A program made the position numbers and the translations under genes. The notes beneath the pieces were generated by a model that was not told the origin of the DNA, did not search any database, and saw nothing but the letters and a program-made list of their open reading frames with translations. Source: Podarcis tiliguerta (Eukaryota). Taken from it: a stretch of DNA of 64,000 bases. The DNA is taken from NCBI GenBank assembly GCA_965153285.1, contig OZ229112.1. One strand, given 5' to 3'. Positions 14,191-64,000 of the stretch are shown piece by piece. Position 1 is the first letter of the stretch, and every line of letters begins with the position of its first letter.

Positions 14191-15842
14191 CTCAAGAGAC
14201 ACTGAGCATGTGCAATCCAACCAAGCAATACTTTCCCTTTCTCTTCACTTCATATGCCCAGTTGCCTTTGAGTGCCAACAAACTGAGTTTTAATTCAATT
14301 TCTAGCAGCCTCTTATGTTGTGGCCATAACATAATACAATGTGCTGGTGCACAAAGAACAAACAAACTAAAGCAGTGGTCTGCAGTACAATGTAGTACTA
14401 GCCTAAGAGGAATATAGTCACATAAATGATTGTGTTAAGAGTTGACAAAGATTTTCTGTTGTCTGCTAAAATTCTAGTCACAAGTAGAATAAATCTTCCA
14501 TGAAAAATTCCAATCCCTTCCCTTAAAAAATAAATAAAAAGATGGTGATTATAGGGTTCTGATTTGGTTTGTTTCTTCACCACATTTTTCTTAACCATAT
14601 GGTGATGTGTAGCTGCATGGTCACTGGAGATGCTTTGGGGTACTGTACGTACTATAAATGTGCTTTTTAATGTCAAAGACTTCGCAGGCTATTGTTAAAC
14701 CATTTTATAGCTGTTCCTTTCATTTCTATGTTCATTACAACACCACTGTATAATTTACTGCTTGGCAAGGGCTTTGGGCATAGAGCCATGTACAATAAAT
14801 GTGTAGCTTTACATAACTTCTTATAGAAAAAATTAGCTTTGTAAGTTTGGTAAAGCGTTGAGTCATTGTTCGTTGCAAACTTTTAATTAAACAAAACATT
14901 CAATTTCTTTTTCTTTTGCAACATATCAGATGATTGTTTTCCCTTTACTTCAAGCACTTGAAAACTTTTTCTACCCAGGGAGGCCATCCCCCCGCCGCCG
15001 CCTTCTTTTTAATTGTTTTTATTAAAGATTTTCTGGGGTTACAAAAGTACATACATCGTTTCTATTTTCAGATCGTAAAGTACTTTCTATGGATCATTTT
15101 GTTCAATGTGAGACTTTAATGTTGTAAACAGTATTATTCTGAATTTAAGAATGTTCTGGTGAAAGTCCACAACCACCATTTTCAATCCCCTTCACAACCA
15201 CTCACAAACCCTTTTGCCTAGCACAATTCCCACCTAGAGCTCCGAGAGTACCATGGACCCTAAATGAGCATATGTTTTGTCTGTCGAGTGCACCACAGCA
15301 ACACAACAGCTGTGCAGCCAAGTATAACATGCAGAGGCCCAGATGAGCCTTTATGTTGCTAAATAAGGATAGCCAAATCTTTAAGCAAGGCTCTCCTTGG
15401 CAATAATTCACAAGTAGTAGCCAAAGCAAAATATTGCTGCCCACCTTCTAATGGTGACTCGCCCAGACCATATTCTCCCATTATTTGCATTGAGCCTGCA
15501 TTACCTTCCGAGCTGAATTCAAGCTGCTGGTGGCTACGTACCACCCTGTAGCTATGAGAGCATCTCTATCATAATGTTTAAGCATACCACCACTATGAAC
15601 CAAATAATGCCTGCAAGGGAATATAAACAAGTGTCATGGATTGCTGCACCTAAACTCTAGAATTACTTTCTTAAGAAGACTTGCCCAAGGTTGTAGGAAT
15701 GTAAGGCTATTGTGGATGTTTTTGGTCACATGGATGGAGTGGTGTGGAGTATAAGGCAGAATAATTAGTACACTGCTAACAGTCCCAAATCTTTGGGATA
15801 GGGCAGGCTACGTCCAGTAAATAAACAACAGCCAGACTCGTG

Positions 15843-15989
15843 CAACATCCACATTGTACATTTAAAGCACGTGTCTTCCCCCCAAGAATCCTGGGAACAG
15901 TATCTTACCCTCCACAGAGCTATTAGTCACAGAACCTTTGACAAACTACAGTTCCCAGCATTCTTTGGAGGAGGCAACGTGATTTAAAT
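15843..15989. mobile_element. Palindromic MITE
   Basis: atttaaagcacg...ccaagaatcctgggaac versus gttcccagcattctttgg...cgtgatttaaat form imperfect inverted arms. Confidence 0.65.
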
Positions 15990-15995
15990 TGGAGT

Positions 15996-16082
15996 CGTAG
16001 CTGTCAACTTTTCCCCTTTTTTAAGGGAAATTCCCTTATTTCGAATAAAATTCCTCACAAGAAAAGAAAAAAGTTGACAGCT
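15996..16082. mobile_element. ~85-bp hairpin MITE upstream of the promoter
   Basis: Arms agctgtcaactttt (15999) and aaaagttgacagct (ending 16082); inner aagggaaattccctt hairpin. Confidence 0.7.
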
Positions 16083-17597
16083 CCATTTGATCAGGTCGTC
16101 CTCTTGACACTGTGCAAAACTTTTGTGCATGGCAGCAGAGTCTGGAAGCCCCGCTAGATTATTGTGGTGGAAAAACCCAGTTGGTCACTTCAGCCAATGC
16201 ATTGTTTAATTCCAGAAAAGTTCGGTGGGAGGCTGTGCACGTTTACCCAGTCTCGCTTAGTCAATCAAGTAAGCGGCACAGGAAGCCCAGCGCGCCCGTT
16301 ATTGCCTAGCAATGTATCGATCGGTCTGTATATTTACAGCCGGTGTCAGATTTCGGCCTCAATTCCTCCCTTCCCATAAACTGTCGCCACATAATAAGTA
16401 AACAAACAAACAAAAAAATGCACGCAGCCGGCTGCCCACAGGAGGATCCTTTATCGACAAGTGTTAAAACTTGAGTTTTGTTGTGGGGGGGACGGGACGG
16501 TGCGCGTCATGCTGCAACCTCGCGCTAGAATCAAAGCCCCACTGATTGATCAAGAAACGCAACTTCGTACTACTGCACGTGTGCATGCATGAACGGACCC
16601 GGGGTTAATGAACCCTAGGCCAGGAGGTGGGCCGGGCACGAAGATTTCGCCTAACCTCCTGCGTGGCGTCACGTACGCCCGAGCAGGGGAAGCCGACGAC
16701 GACGCATAGCAAGCCAAGCAGTCATCTGCCTGTGTGTTTGTGTGCGAGTGTGAGCGCGCGCCCGCCTGCGCACGTTTGCAACCAGCGGTTCTGGCACCCC
16801 GCGCGCGCTGCGCGGGCAACGCCCCCCTCCGCCCGAGACGCTCTAGTTCTCAACTGTAAAAAAACCCACAAACCCACACGCCACGCCCCTCGCTCCAAGG
16901 AATGCCCCGCCCCTTCTCTTCCCGTAACCGCCTCCTCCTCTCGCCCGCCACCACCCAGCCCCGCCTACTCTGTGATTGGTCCAGCGCGCTCCTTCGCCGA
17001 GAAGCAGGGGCCTCCCTCTCGCGGCTGCCTCAGTTCCGCGCTCCGTGCTCGAGTAAGCAGTTGTCCTCCGCTTCCGAGTGCCAGGCGCCGCCGCCGCCGC
17101 CTCTGAGGGGAGAGAGGGAGGGAGGAGGGGAGAGAGGGAGCGAAGTGTCATCATTCCTATGAATTGGCTGGGCGGCCACAGCGATAACAGCAGCGCCGCT
17201 CCGCCTTCCTCTCGCCGGATACCTGAGGGCAGGCGGCAGCGCCGGCGTCAAATGGGCAGCGGCGACAGCAGCCGCACCAGCCGAGGGGGCGGCGGCGGCA
17301 GGAGCTGACAGAGCCGCAAACACACCTCGGGTCCGAACTTCCCTCGTCGGGCAAAAGGCAGCCGCTTCCCGTGAGGGGAGAACTCGCGGAGGAGGCGGCG
17401 GCCGAGCAAAACTTCCTGCCGCCGAAGAGGACGAAGAAAGTTGCCGCCGGCAGCCGAGGGCAGGAAGCGCGGGCTGGTCCCGCCGGCCCGCTCTGGCTGT
17501 GACGGCGCCCGCCGCGGCTGTGGCGGTTTGGTGACGACGGGTTGCCCCGCGGGCGCCGCCGGCCTACAGGGGGCGCTGAGTCCCGGAGCCCCGCGCG

Positions 17598-63890
<46,293 letters not shown>

Positions 63891-64000
63891 AATAATGCTG
63901 AATTCTGTTTGGGGCACACAACGTAGTAATTAAAATTCCATCATTTTTTAGTTTTGAACCAATTTTTTGCAGTCTGGTGTCTACCCGTACAATATTTAAC

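Noticed and set aside
360-15544. Short ORFs (60-124 aa) in the upstream 16 kb as a second gene
   Set aside because: Many use non-ATG starts, and none shows a recognisable domain or coherent exon chain; consistent with chance and repeats.
17563-17576. CTCF-like cctacagggggcgc just upstream of the ATG
   Set aside because: Two core mismatches in very GC-rich DNA; not distinguishable from chance.

Overview
Eukaryotic genomic DNA from a squamate reptile (Sauria SINE, Squam3-type SINE and TA-flanked MITEs point to a lizard, probably a lacertid; taxon is inference). The window holds the complete coding region of one gene on the + strand: MAN1A1, Golgi class I alpha-1,2-mannosidase IA (GH47). It has 12 coding exons from 17598 to 63890, all with GT-AG introns and consistent phases, giving 1998 nt and 665 aa, preceded by a CpG-island promoter (~16.2-18.5 kb). 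The first ~16 kb is intergenic. Intergenic DNA and introns are full of transposon relics: SINEs, CR1 and L2 fragments, nine related Tc1/mariner-type MITEs, hAT MITEs with 8-bp TSDs and two candidate solo LTRs. Nearly all other ORFs in the supplied track are chance or TE-derived. I find no convincing new multi-gene system. The most interesting leads are (1) a decayed ~170-codon transposase of a divergent hAT-like clade in intron 2 that the ORF track misses; (2) a near-perfect 58-bp inverted repeat with no transposon hallmarks in intron 1; (3) co-variation of TIR and internal repeats among MITE subfamilies; (4) inverted CR1-tail repeats bracketing exons 2-3 and 2-4, which if circularised would be stop-free in-frame circles; (5) TE-borne CTCF motifs. 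Repeat family names come from recalled consensus sequences and need database confirmation.
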